A stretch of 26,868 nt of DNA from Candidatus Omnitrophota bacterium (GCA_043803685.1 JAZDJU010000130.1:1-26868); one strand, 5' to 3'. Shown: positions 1-9,240, counted from the first letter of the stretch. The notes: generated by a model from the letters alone, not told the origin. Numbers and translations: made by a program.

Positions 1-157
1 TTTTAAGGACGGACAGTAGATCTCTCTCATAGCTTGTAAGGTGTTTATAGGGTTTTGGCATAGTCCGCTCATCATAACGCGGAAGCCTTTGAAAACCCTC
101 AAGTGTTGCACTTCGTTATTGAACTGGTGCATTATATTTTCAGGCTGCGTCTGGACA

Positions 158-535
158 TTATTTTTTACGCAAATCCGATATTTCCAGCTTGAGGTCCTCG
201 ATTGTTTTCCTAAGATTATCCTGGGCTGACTCCGTCCTCTCGAGGTGCTCTCTCATCTCTTTAAAATTCCTGGCAGCAAATTCATCGGCACTTTCCATGA
301 CCAAAAGACTGCCTTTCTTTTCAACCTTCGTCCCTTGCGGTATGACCATACGAATGCCGCCGACATTGATCAATTCCATGCCTGGAGGAACCTCCACGGT
401 AGTATGCGTCCCCTTCCCGTAAGGTTTGCCCATTTCCTCCTCGTTTTGAGGATCATGATAGCCTTGCGCCAGACCGGTGCGGGGAAGGATGGCCACAAGA
501 CAAATTATAAGAAAAAGCACTGCGTTCTTGCTCAT
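158..535 (-). CDS. Small exported hypothetical protein with C-terminal coiled coil
   Basis: 125 aa; N-terminal signal peptide (MSKNAVLFLIICLVAILPRTGLA); heptad-like C-terminal helix (REHLERTESAQDNLRKTIEDLKLEISDLRKK); same strand as the cluster. Confidence 0.7.
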   Translation of the reverse strand: MSKNAVLFLIICLVAILPRTGLAQGYHDPQNEEEMGKPYGKGTHTTVEVPPGMELINVGGIRMVIPQGTKVEKKGSLLVMESADEFAARNFKEMREHLERTESAQDNLRKTIEDLKLEISDLRKK

Positions 536-628
536 TCAGCCTCTCGATATTCTTTCTTCACCAAGACATATCCCAAAAAGCGACGGCAGGCCCACGGAAA
601 AGTCTAAGGAGCGCCTTCTGGAAAATTC

Positions 629-1174
629 TCACATGGAAATATTAGTGACCAACATGGCTGCCTTCACGACAGACGATTCTTTTTGTTTCATCCCAAAACG
701 AAGTTTCACAGCCCGGAGTAATTGGGGAGAGCTGTTCAGTTTGTGCAGAAAAACAACGATCTGTTCCATCGAGCCTTCAATCGTCACTTCCGCGGAATAT
801 TCTTTGTAAAAATCGACCTGCTTGGAAGCTTGCGGTTTTATGTCGACAAGGTTAACACCCGCCGCGCGCGCCAGCCCCTCGATCTCTGCGAGCATGTTTG
901 AAACATTCTCCTCTTCGGAAGCCGCGCCCTTCTTAACGAAGTTTATATATTTTTGATATTCGCTCTCAATGAAATCCTTGTTATTAATATTGCGCAGATC
1001 ATGACTCAGTTTTTTCTCACTCGCGGATATTTTCTGGTGCATACGCTGCAGTGTTGCGCCCGTAGGGCTTATGATAAGCTTGTCGACAAACACAGCCATC
1101 ACAACCATCCCGGCCGCGATCAGTCCGGCCTTTTGGCCCTTCGTCAGTTTAGAAAAAATAGCCATCGCCATCAT
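629..1174 (-). CDS. pilO: PilO/GspM-like inner-membrane alignment protein
   Basis: N-terminal TM helix, coiled coil, then LAEIEGLARAAGVNLVDIKPQ...EVTIEGSMEQIVVFLHKL, typical of the PilO/GspM ferredoxin-like domain; directly follows the PilMN gene. Confidence 0.75.
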   Translation of the reverse strand: MMAMAIFSKLTKGQKAGLIAAGMVVMAVFVDKLIISPTGATLQRMHQKISASEKKLSHDLRNINNKDFIESEYQKYINFVKKGAASEEENVSNMLAEIEGLARAAGVNLVDIKPQASKQVDFYKEYSAEVTIEGSMEQIVVFLHKLNSSPQLLRAVKLRFGMKQKESSVVKAAMLVTNISM

Positions 1175-1186
1175 CTTCCGTTCCCG

Positions 1187-2683
1187 TCATTTTTGATAAG
1201 CGCAGTCGATCTCGAACTCCGAAAATTTTGCGTCCTTGTCGTTTTTGATCCTCGTATAAGCGGTTTTCACATTCTCAAAAAGATCCGATCCCTCGAGTAT
1301 TTTGACATATTTAAATACATCCGACATCGCGGCTCCACACCCTTTCAGCACCACCGTTCGCTTTTCGTCTATATCGATATCGGTCAGAGATATTTCCTTA
1401 GGCGTCAGCCTGTATATTTCCTCGATGAAACCCAGGGATGATCCACGGGAGTCCAGCCGTTCCTCCACTAAATCGATCACGACCCGCATCTTATCAATGC
1501 GCTCGGCCTCTTCAGCTGTATGGGATATCGTTTTCTTTAATTTTTCCAAATAGGCGCTCTGCGTGTGGACATTCGTCAAACAGAGAAAAGAAATCCCCGT
1601 CACAATGGCGACGATCAATAGGCCCATGACGGTAAGTTGCTTCGTTTTGCGTTCCATCACACTCTGGACCTTTTGCTCAGGGGGAGTAAGATCCATAAAC
1701 GACTCTTTGTCATCCAGGGAAACCCCGAGAAGCTGCGTCATCGAAACAAACTTTAAATTTTCATCCCGCGAGTTTTTAATAACGCTTTGTGAATAAAAAT
1801 CCTTAAGCGGGTCCGTATTTTCGACACCGACACCCAAAGCCGCGCTCAGGACCCCGTCGAGCCCTTTAATGTTCGGACCCGCACCGCTTAGATACGCTTT
1901 TACGATTTGCGCATTCTTTTCTTCAACGTGGCATCGTTCCAGAGACAGCTTCAGCTCGGTCACAAGCTTCTCGTGCCACCCCCCCGTTTCCTGCGTAAGA
2001 TGATTCGCGCCGATCAATATATTCCGGGTAAAGACCATTCGACCGTTACGTATCACTATAAAATCCGAATAATTGGAATCCACATCGATCAAAAGAATAG
2101 CTTGAGGACTTTGTAATTTCATATCCCCTGGATAAGTCTCCCGGAACCAGTTCAAAACCCCTTCGCTGCTTATCGCGACCCTCCTCACCGTCAGCCCGGC
2201 TTTCGACAACACCTCCATGCGCTCGTGAACAATATTGCGAGCCACAATGGCCAGCATCACCCGAGTGTATCCGGACACACCGGCCTCTATGATCTTGTGG
2301 GCAAAAAGGATCTCTTCCCTCGCATACGGTGTCTGTTTCCCAACCTGCAGAGCGATCATATCGCTTATCTCTTTAGGATCGGTCGCGGGCAGTTCCAGCA
2401 TGCGCACGGTCACCTGATGACGCGGGATAAAAACCTCCACGTTCTGTTTATTGAGCTTGAGATCCCGGAAGCTATGCGCGAGCTCTAAAGCAACACACTC
2501 TTTGATCTGGGCAAGCTTCATGAGTTTGATATGGAAAAAAGATTTCCCATTCTTCGAGAGATCTTTCTGCACGATCTTGAGCCAGTCGCTCCCTATCTCC
2601 ACCCCCGCCGCACTCGATGTGAAAGGACTCTTCTGAAATCTCAAATTCCCCAACACCTCGGACATTTTTAAACGCCCCATCAC
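1187..2683 (-). CDS. PilM-PilN fusion (GspL-like architecture)
   Basis: Actin-like PilM motifs (GVEIGSDWLKIV, LLIDVDSNYSDFIVIRNGRMVFTRNI, AYLSGAG), then FMDLTP (resembles the PilN INLLP motif), a TM helix, a coiled coil and a PilN-like periplasmic domain (PKEISLTDI...LKG...VFKYVKILEGSDLFENV). Confidence 0.75.
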   Translation of the reverse strand: MMGRLKMSEVLGNLRFQKSPFTSSAAGVEIGSDWLKIVQKDLSKNGKSFFHIKLMKLAQIKECVALELAHSFRDLKLNKQNVEVFIPRHQVTVRMLELPATDPKEISDMIALQVGKQTPYAREEILFAHKIIEAGVSGYTRVMLAIVARNIVHERMEVLSKAGLTVRRVAISSEGVLNWFRETYPGDMKLQSPQAILLIDVDSNYSDFIVIRNGRMVFTRNILIGANHLTQETGGWHEKLVTELKLSLERCHVEEKNAQIVKAYLSGAGPNIKGLDGVLSAALGVGVENTDPLKDFYSQSVIKNSRDENLKFVSMTQLLGVSLDDKESFMDLTPPEQKVQSVMERKTKQLTVMGLLIVAIVTGISFLCLTNVHTQSAYLEKLKKTISHTAEEAERIDKMRVVIDLVEERLDSRGSSLGFIEEIYRLTPKEISLTDIDIDEKRTVVLKGCGAAMSDVFKYVKILEGSDLFENVKTAYTRIKNDKDAKFSEFEIDCAYQK

Positions 2684-2699
2684 ACTCTTCTCCCGCGCA

Positions 2700-3689
2700 T
2701 CATTCTTCTCTCCAGGATTTCACGATCTGCTCTTTCCGGTCATACACAAATGAGACCTTCTCTGTTTTCCCCGCATGGACATAGGAACCTACGATATGGC
2801 CGCTAAAATTGTTGCTTCGCACACCCAGCAAGGGTGCGACACGCTGCACTTGAGCTATCTCGTCGCCCGAAAGATGCTCGGCCGCGCCCAAAAGATCCGC
2901 GATCAACGACTCATCTGTAAAAACGCCCTCAGGGACTTCCCCTTCCTTCTTGGAACTGGGTCTGGCCCGAAAATGGAGGACCTTCTCGGCCACGGTCTCG
3001 TCCATGCCAAGACTCACCAGCACCGGCACGCTGGCTGTATTCACATTGACCACACCGTCGCCGTATATTGTAACGTAGTCTTTGATTTTTTCGAATATCT
3101 CCGGCGTAATACCCCCAACCAGCAGAAGCTCTTCTTTCACTTCAAAAGGACTATTCTTACAGTCATAGGGCTGCTCCAGCGACTGGTAGTAATCGTTCTC
3201 CTTGCCATCTTTTCCAGGGACATCATCCTTATCACGCCAATCAATGATCGAATCGGCGATGGCGTCCGCATCCCTGGGGTCTACATGGGCGATCTTTTCA
3301 AATAGATTTTTCAGAACAGCCTGCGACGCCGTATTGATATTGATCTTCCCTTCCTCATCCGTAAGACCGTATTGCGGCTCATCGCTGGCCCCTGCCGTAT
3401 CTTTAAGGGCGCTGAAGGTACCGCCCGCGATGGCAACATGATTAAACGCCGCATTATTACGACTCCATGAATCGCGCAGGCTATCATAGAGATCGGTGTT
3501 GTCATTTTCGACCTCAAAGATCGCTCTTTCGACCCCCGCATTCGCGAAACAGCGCGCTTGAGTCCGACGCATCAACGTGCCTGAAAGTTCCGCGTACGGC
3601 ATCACATAGCCATGAACTGACACAGCAAGCATCGCAAGAAAGAAAAGACTCCAAAGGACTATGATGAGGACACTCCCGCGATTATTCAC
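2700..3689 (-). CDS. gspK: Type II secretion minor pseudopilin GspK
   Basis: Prepilin-like start RG|SVLIIVLW lacking Glu5; motifs DEEGKININTA, IADSIIDWRDKD, ELLLVGGITPEIF, VNVNTAS typical of T2SS K proteins. Confidence 0.85.
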   Translation of the reverse strand: MNNRGSVLIIVLWSLFFLAMLAVSVHGYVMPYAELSGTLMRRTQARCFANAGVERAIFEVENDNTDLYDSLRDSWSRNNAAFNHVAIAGGTFSALKDTAGASDEPQYGLTDEEGKININTASQAVLKNLFEKIAHVDPRDADAIADSIIDWRDKDDVPGKDGKENDYYQSLEQPYDCKNSPFEVKEELLLVGGITPEIFEKIKDYVTIYGDGVVNVNTASVPVLVSLGMDETVAEKVLHFRARPSSKKEGEVPEGVFTDESLIADLLGAAEHLSGDEIAQVQRVAPLLGVRSNNFSGHIVGSYVHAGKTEKVSFVYDRKEQIVKSWREE

Positions 3690-4443
3690 TCCGGGCCTCT
3701 TTGGAATGATCTTTTTCCGTCTTCTCCCTTCTCTTGGCGAGGTTCAGCGACACAGCCGTTTTAATAAATACCGTCCTGCTCATCGTAAGGATTTTGCCGC
3801 CATCCGCATAGTTAATTTTGATCTTAACCCCCAGGGGAATATCCTCCGGTCTATGCTCCAAACCGGCAACGTCTTGCGAAGCCTCCTCCCCCTTTTCCTC
3901 CCGTTCCTTTCTTGCTTCGGATTTATCCCATACGTCGCCCCACCGGCAAGTGCCTGCTTCGGGGTCATAAGAAAAATACTGCAACTGAATATCCTCAATG
4001 GAAGCTAAAGCCGTGATAGGGCCATGTCCGGAGTTTTCCTCATGGACAGCCTGAGCATATGTTATTTCTTCACGAGAAAGAGCCCTGTCATGACCGTTAT
4101 CGTCACGAAAGTAGCAAATAGAACCCGGCGATTCCGCGACCTGTCCCTTCGAGGAGACCCCGTTCAGGATCGCCGGAAAAGTCACTCGATGGCTCTCTCC
4201 GATAAAATCGATCCCCTTGAGTGAGAATGTATTTCTCAAATCTCTTTCCATCCTCTCCAGGGAAAGGAGCACATCCGCTTTGGCCGCAGTATAACTCTCC
4301 ACCCGATGAAATAACTTCAGCCCGCCGGCAAAGGTCGCAACGATCGCCAAACCCACGATCCCGATCAGCACCGCCACCAGCATCATTTCGATGAGCGTAA
4401 AACCCTTCACATTAGGAGCTCTTGGCACGGTCTGTTCCCACAT
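3682..4443 (-). CDS. Minor pseudopilin, GspJ/PilW-like
   Basis: N-methylation motif KG|FTLIEMMLVAVLIGIV; sits between the GspI-like gene and gspK. The true start may be GTG at 4410, just after the upstream stop. Confidence 0.75.
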   Translation of the reverse strand: MWEQTVPRAPNVKGFTLIEMMLVAVLIGIVGLAIVATFAGGLKLFHRVESYTAAKADVLLSLERMERDLRNTFSLKGIDFIGESHRVTFPAILNGVSSKGQVAESPGSICYFRDDNGHDRALSREEITYAQAVHEENSGHGPITALASIEDIQLQYFSYDPEAGTCRWGDVWDKSEARKEREEKGEEASQDVAGLEHRPEDIPLGVKIKINYADGGKILTMSRTVFIKTAVSLNLAKRREKTEKDHSKEARSE

Positions 4444-4909
4444 AAGTTTCCAGGCTGATTTCTCTTGGCGGGATCCGCCCCGAGTTTACGACGGCAAGCT
4501 TCAGTTTATTTAAATAAAATTCGGGTTTTTTCTTTTCATCCGGTCTCGTTTCTTTATTCGCGGGGTCCTGCTTGGCTTTCTTCGTCGGAAGATCCATCTT
4601 CTGCACTTCTTGACTCCAACGCCATAAGCCTGCGGACTTGAGCCCCAGACTTTCCTCCTCAGCAGAGGTGAACTCCCCGCTCGACACGCCCGGCAAAAGG
4701 ATACCTTGAGTCACGGCCTTCTCCTCAATCTTCCCCATGGCCGTTTTCAATAAAAAAACCCCGTCCATCTCATACTGGACTTTCTCCATGGCGGATGCCG
4801 ATGTCGCATAAGCGCGAAGCACACCCACCAGCCCGATCGCTAAAATGCTAACGGCCACGATGACTTCGAGAAGGGTAAAACCTTCTTTATTTCCAGTTCT
4901 TAATGTCAT
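4412..4909 (-). CDS. Minor pseudopilin, GspI/PilV-like
   Basis: EG|FTLLEVIVAVSILAIGL prepilin motif; overlaps the 3' end of gspG. Confidence 0.75.
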   Translation of the reverse strand: MTLRTGNKEGFTLLEVIVAVSILAIGLVGVLRAYATSASAMEKVQYEMDGVFLLKTAMGKIEEKAVTQGILLPGVSSGEFTSAEEESLGLKSAGLWRWSQEVQKMDLPTKKAKQDPANKETRPDEKKKPEFYLNKLKLAVVNSGRIPPREISLETYVGTDRAKSS

Positions 4910-5369
4910 CGTCAGTTTGTTCTAATCCGTCACTCCCGAAAGAAGACAGATCGTAGGTGGTCTTGTTGAAATCTCCGGGGCATTTGTATTGATACGCATT
5001 GCCCCACGGATCTTCGGGAAGAGTTTCCAGATAGGGGCCCTTCCAATTGGCCGGGGCCGGCGAAGCGGTAGGAATAGATTCCAAAGCGGCAAGACCCTGT
5101 GCCGTGGTGGGGTACCTCCCGTTATCAAGATAATACAGTTTCAGCGCCATCGACAGGTTCGAACTGACATCCGCCTTGGCGATGGCCTTGTTGGCTTGAT
5201 CGGTCCGTCCGACGATACGTGGCACAACCATCGCCGCCAGTCCCGCGATGATGATCACGACGATCATCAGCTCGATCAGGGTAAACCCCTTTTCACGGGA
5301 CGGTGGACGGCACTGGTTTTTCGGCTCTTGAAACCCTGCACCCCGCACCCTGCACCCTGTCATGTCCAT
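4887..5369 (-). CDS. gspG: Type II secretion major pseudopilin GspG
   Basis: KG|FTLIELMIVVIIIAGLAAMVVP; LYYLDNGRYPTTAQGL; WKGPYL; DPWGNAYQY; S.G.DG...DDI.NW. Start reassigned to ATG 5369, which has GGAGG about 8 nt upstream and follows the peptidase stop. Confidence 0.92.
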   Translation of the reverse strand: MDMTGCRVRGAGFQEPKNQCRPPSREKGFTLIELMIVVIIIAGLAAMVVPRIVGRTDQANKAIAKADVSSNLSMALKLYYLDNGRYPTTAQGLAALESIPTASPAPANWKGPYLETLPEDPWGNAYQYKCPGDFNKTTYDLSSFGSDGLEQTDDDIKNWK

Positions 5370-5370
5370 A

Positions 5371-6252
5371 TCAGCTGCCTCCATAATGTTGTGACCATTT
5401 TTTTTCCAATGTTTCCATGTCCCGTACGGAATCGGTATAAACAAAGGACAGCGCGGCGTCCATGTTGTTTCCGTCGCGCAATTGCCGGCAGAACAGAACG
5501 AACTGCGACGGACCATACTGCTCGATAAGAAATCCCACTAAGGAAGCCGCCTGCGCGTAAAGTTTAGCAGAAAGAACAGGATCATTATCACTGCCGGAAC
5601 TGATCCGGGTCAATTCCCTGAGGGGGATATATTCCTTCGTCGCGATCAACTCCTTCACCGCAGCCAGGATCTCCTTCCGCTTCCGGGTCTCTTCCCACTG
5701 CGCAACCCCTTCATCGAGCCACAGAGGCACTTCCCCTTTAAATCCGACAAAATCCCTGAAAATGAGATGGCAAAGTTCGTGAGGCAACAACACCTCCAGA
5801 AAACCCTTCTCCCATTTGTAGCTTAGGATCTCTCTCTTGTCATAGAACGCGGTTCCATGGATCCAGGGTTTTTTCCCCGTAGCCTTTAGAAACTCTTCAT
5901 GGTTCCTGTAGAGATAGATCTTCGCCCTGTTCTCCCACTGCCAAAAATTGTCGTACCTCGAATAACCTAGATCGGAGGCTATCCCTTGATAATATCTTTC
6001 GGCCCAAGTCAGCACTTCCTGCGCAAATGCGGCATCCTCAAGATAAAACACCTCGAAGTTCTCGCCCTTCACTTCCTGCCAGGACTCTGCCTCGGCCGCG
6101 GAATTCCCGGGATTCGCAACAAGAAGAACCACCCCTAGCACCCAGGAACAGAAAAACAAATCCCGCACCCTGTGCCATGTCTTTCCCCTATCCGCTATCC
6201 GCGCCACGCTTTTCCTGTCCCCTGCCCCCTGTTCCCTGAATGCGGAGATCAC
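5371..6252 (-). CDS. Exported zinc metallopeptidase, peptidase MA-like (gluzincin HExxH...E)
   Basis: LLPHELCHLIF...VPLWLDEGVAQWEE; hydrophobic signal segment FCSWVLGVVLLVA; its start overlaps the gspF stop. Confidence 0.8.
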   Translation of the reverse strand: MISAFREQGAGDRKSVARIADRGKTWHRVRDLFFCSWVLGVVLLVANPGNSAAEAESWQEVKGENFEVFYLEDAAFAQEVLTWAERYYQGIASDLGYSRYDNFWQWENRAKIYLYRNHEEFLKATGKKPWIHGTAFYDKREILSYKWEKGFLEVLLPHELCHLIFRDFVGFKGEVPLWLDEGVAQWEETRKRKEILAAVKELIATKEYIPLRELTRISSGSDNDPVLSAKLYAQAASLVGFLIEQYGPSQFVLFCRQLRDGNNMDAALSFVYTDSVRDMETLEKKWSQHYGGS

Positions 6253-7490
6253 TGTCCCATGCCACCCATATTAAGTATGGGAAGAAGCATGGCAAAAACG
6301 ATCACTCCGACAATCCCGCCCACACCAATGATCAAAAGAGGTTCCACCATCGACACCATGATCTTGATCGTTTGATCCACTTCCTTTTCATAGGAAGAAG
6401 CGATCTGGTCAAGGGACTCTTCCAATTTGCCGCTTTCCTCGCCCACCGCGATCATACTTAACAGAAATTCAGGGAATACGCCCGAACGGTTGAAGCTTTC
6501 CGACAAGGTGCATCCCCGGTTCATCATCGCCTCGGAAGCTTCCGCAAGTCGCGCTTTCAATACCAGGTTATCGAGAGTCTCCGTCGCAAGGGGCAAACTT
6601 TCATAGACCGGTATTCCATTTTTGAGCAACAATCCCAAGGACCTTGAAAATCTCGCCATTTCCGAAGTCGTCACGAACCGGTTGATAAAAGGAACCCTGA
6701 GCGTCAACGCATCGAGCGCACGCTTCTTTTTATTTCCGGAGGTCTTCCACGCAACGACCGCGATCAAGAGAGCGATCCCCGTGATCCCGAGAACCCCATA
6801 GTGGGACATAAATCCGCTCGATGAGATCAAGAGCTTCGTCACCCACGGCAATTCCTGTTTCATGCCGGAGAATAACCGGGTCAGTTTGGGCAAAAAGAAG
6901 GTGAACATCAAAAAAACTGTTCCCACTCCGGTCACCACCACCACCATCGGGTAAGCCAAAGCCGACTGTATCTTGCGTCGGGTCTCCTGTTCTTTTTCGC
7001 GATGCTCGGCCAGCTTAAAAAGAACCTCGTCGAGAGAGCCGCTCCTTTCTCCGGTGCGGATCATGCCCAGGGTAAGATGATTGAAGATACTCGGATATTG
7101 CCCCATCGCCTCCGACAGAAGCTCTCCCTGTCGGATTCTGTTCCCGAGATCTTCGATCACGATCTTGAAATTTTTATTCCTGGTTTGCTTCGCGATCAGC
7201 ATCAAAGCGCGTAAGAGAGGGATGCTCGATCTCATGAGACTCGCCAATTGCCAAATAAAGGTATCCAGATCCCGGGAACCCACCCTCGGCGCAGCGCCAG
7301 TTCCTTTTCCCGAGAAATCCTTCCCCGGGTCCCCTTCGGGGGCCTTGGCCGGCGTTGACTCGATCACCGTAATCGGAAAATAGCCCATGGCCTCGACTCT
7401 CGCAACGGCCTTGTCCCGGGATTCGGCGACCACCTTATCTTTGACTATTTCTGAGGGACCTTTTTTGGCAACGTAGTCATATGTAGGCAT
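6249..7490 (-). CDS. gspF: T2SS/T4P inner-membrane platform protein GspF/PilC
   Basis: MPTYDY.A start, QLASLMRSSIPLL, GERSGSLDEVL, ALAYP, GEESGKLEESL, MVEPLLII...AMLLPI; two T2SSF domains with TM segments. Confidence 0.9.
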   Translation of the reverse strand: MPTYDYVAKKGPSEIVKDKVVAESRDKAVARVEAMGYFPITVIESTPAKAPEGDPGKDFSGKGTGAAPRVGSRDLDTFIWQLASLMRSSIPLLRALMLIAKQTRNKNFKIVIEDLGNRIRQGELLSEAMGQYPSIFNHLTLGMIRTGERSGSLDEVLFKLAEHREKEQETRRKIQSALAYPMVVVVTGVGTVFLMFTFFLPKLTRLFSGMKQELPWVTKLLISSSGFMSHYGVLGITGIALLIAVVAWKTSGNKKKRALDALTLRVPFINRFVTTSEMARFSRSLGLLLKNGIPVYESLPLATETLDNLVLKARLAEASEAMMNRGCTLSESFNRSGVFPEFLLSMIAVGEESGKLEESLDQIASSYEKEVDQTIKIMVSMVEPLLIIGVGGIVGVIVFAMLLPILNMGGMGQ

Positions 7491-7533
7491 GGTGGATCCT
7501 TCTTGATCGTTCTCTGAGAAATTTTCCCAAAAA

Positions 7534-9240
7534 CTACCCTTCCAATTGCGTCACTCTCAGGACCTCTTCGGGAGTGGTCATACCGGACAATACCTTATCC
7601 CATCCGTCCTGTTTGAGTGTATGCATACCCAGCTCCAGGGCTTTCTCTTTGATGACATGGGAAGGCGCCTTCGTCAAGATGAGACTCTTGATCCCTTCGT
7701 TGATCAGGAGTATCTCATAGATGGCCGCCCGGCCCTTGTAACCCGTTTGGCTGCAAGCCTTGCATCCTCTGCCGTGATAGACGAGGGTGCCGGGGTGCGC
7801 GTGAAATCCCTCGGCCCTTAACTGATCCTCTTTAAATCCCAGCGAAGCAAGCGTCACTTGCTCCTTGCAATCTTTGCAGATGATCCTGACGAGCCGCTGC
7901 GCCAGGAACGCGATCACGGAAGACGCGATCAGATACGGTTCTATCCCGAGATCGATCAAGCGAGTCACGCCGCTCGCGGCGTCATTGGTATGAAGCGTGG
8001 AGAATACCAGATGTCCGGTCAGCGCGGTCTGGATCGTCACCTCCGCCGTTTCCCGGTCCCGGACTTCTCCGACCATCATCACGTCCGGATCGTGCCTCAG
8101 CATGCTTCGGAGCATCTGCGCAAAGGTAAGATCGATCTTCGTGTTGATCTGTGTCTGCGAGATGCCTTTCAGTTCGTATTCGATAGGATCCTCGATCGTG
8201 AGGATCTTTTTTTCGCGGGAGTTCAACTTGCTGAGACAGGCATACAACGTGGTGGTCTTGCCGCTCCCGGTCGGCCCTGTCACAAAAATAATGCCGTGTA
8301 CTTTTTTCAGCAATTGTTCAATGAGACCCCGATCGTTCCCGGAGACTCCGAGATCCGCAATGTCGAAAAGCATCGTCGTGGGCAAAACCCTTATGACGAT
8401 ATTTTCCCCGTAAAGCGTCGGGATGATGGACACGCGCAATTCATACTCGAGAGCTCCCACCTTGACCTTGGCCCGGCCGTCCTGAGGCAGCCGGCGCTCC
8501 ACAATATCCAGACCCGCCAGGATCTTGATCCTGGAAACAATGGCCAAATGGAGATATTTGATCCTTTCGCTGACCGAAGCGTCATACAAGAGACCATCGA
8601 TCCGGTATCGCAGGGCCAGCTCACCCCGGAAATGTTCAAAATGAATATCCGTCGCCCTTTTCGTGATCGCTTCCTGCAAGATCTGATTGACCAGTTTGAT
8701 GACGGAAGCCGACTCCGCGAGCTTTTCAAGGTCCTCGACTTTTTCATCCGCAGGAAGCTCCGTCCCTTGAACCGACCGCACATCCTCAGACAAGAGACGA
8801 TCGATGGTCTCCGCGCCCACTCCGTAATATTTTTTGATCGCCGCCTCGATATCTTCACTGACCGCCAGGACCTTCCCGACTTTAAATCCGAGATGCGTTT
8901 CAAGATCATCAATGGGCAACATATCAAAGGGATCCGCCAGCGCCACCGTCAGAAGATCGCCCTCAAGACTGACCGGCATGATCTTGTAGTGCCAGACAAA
9001 TTTTCCGGGCACGGCTTTCAAGACCTTCTCCGCGATCGTGATCGTCATGAGCTCGACAAAATGAATGCCTTGCTGTTTCGCGAGAGCTCGAAGCATTTTC
9101 TTCTCCGTAACAAAGCCGGATCTGACGAGGATCTCCCCCAACGACTCTTTCGTTCTCTGTTGCTCGGAAAGGGCACTATGAAGCTCTTCCACCGTAATCA
9201 ATTTTTCCTCGACCAATATCTTTCCCAATCTGATGGCCAT
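7534..9240 (-). CDS. gspE: GspE/PilB-family assembly ATPase with N-terminal MshEN domain
   Basis: Walker A GPTGSGKTT, Asp box TIEDPIEY, Walker B DPDVMMVGEVRD, His box TGHLVFSTLHTN, CKDC...CKAC zinc motif; AGGAG SD upstream. Confidence 0.92.
   Translation of the reverse strand: MAIRLGKILVEEKLITVEELHSALSEQQRTKESLGEILVRSGFVTEKKMLRALAKQQGIHFVELMTITIAEKVLKAVPGKFVWHYKIMPVSLEGDLLTVALADPFDMLPIDDLETHLGFKVGKVLAVSEDIEAAIKKYYGVGAETIDRLLSEDVRSVQGTELPADEKVEDLEKLAESASVIKLVNQILQEAITKRATDIHFEHFRGELALRYRIDGLLYDASVSERIKYLHLAIVSRIKILAGLDIVERRLPQDGRAKVKVGALEYELRVSIIPTLYGENIVIRVLPTTMLFDIADLGVSGNDRGLIEQLLKKVHGIIFVTGPTGSGKTTTLYACLSKLNSREKKILTIEDPIEYELKGISQTQINTKIDLTFAQMLRSMLRHDPDVMMVGEVRDRETAEVTIQTALTGHLVFSTLHTNDAASGVTRLIDLGIEPYLIASSVIAFLAQRLVRIICKDCKEQVTLASLGFKEDQLRAEGFHAHPGTLVYHGRGCKACSQTGYKGRAAIYEILLINEGIKSLILTKAPSHVIKEKALELGMHTLKQDGWDKVLSGMTTPEEVLRVTQLEG

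Noticed and set aside
1..160. Minus-strand TATAAT at 131-136 and an ATG at 30 running off the window edge
   Set aside because: No convincing -35 element or SD, and only 10 codons are visible.
2700..2730. Similarity of the GspK tail (IVKSWREE) to the giant protein tail (IIEGWLEQG)
   Set aside because: Too short to distinguish from chance.
5370..5516. 49-aa N-terminal extension of GspG
   Set aside because: Lies inside the peptidase gene; the SD supports ATG 5369.
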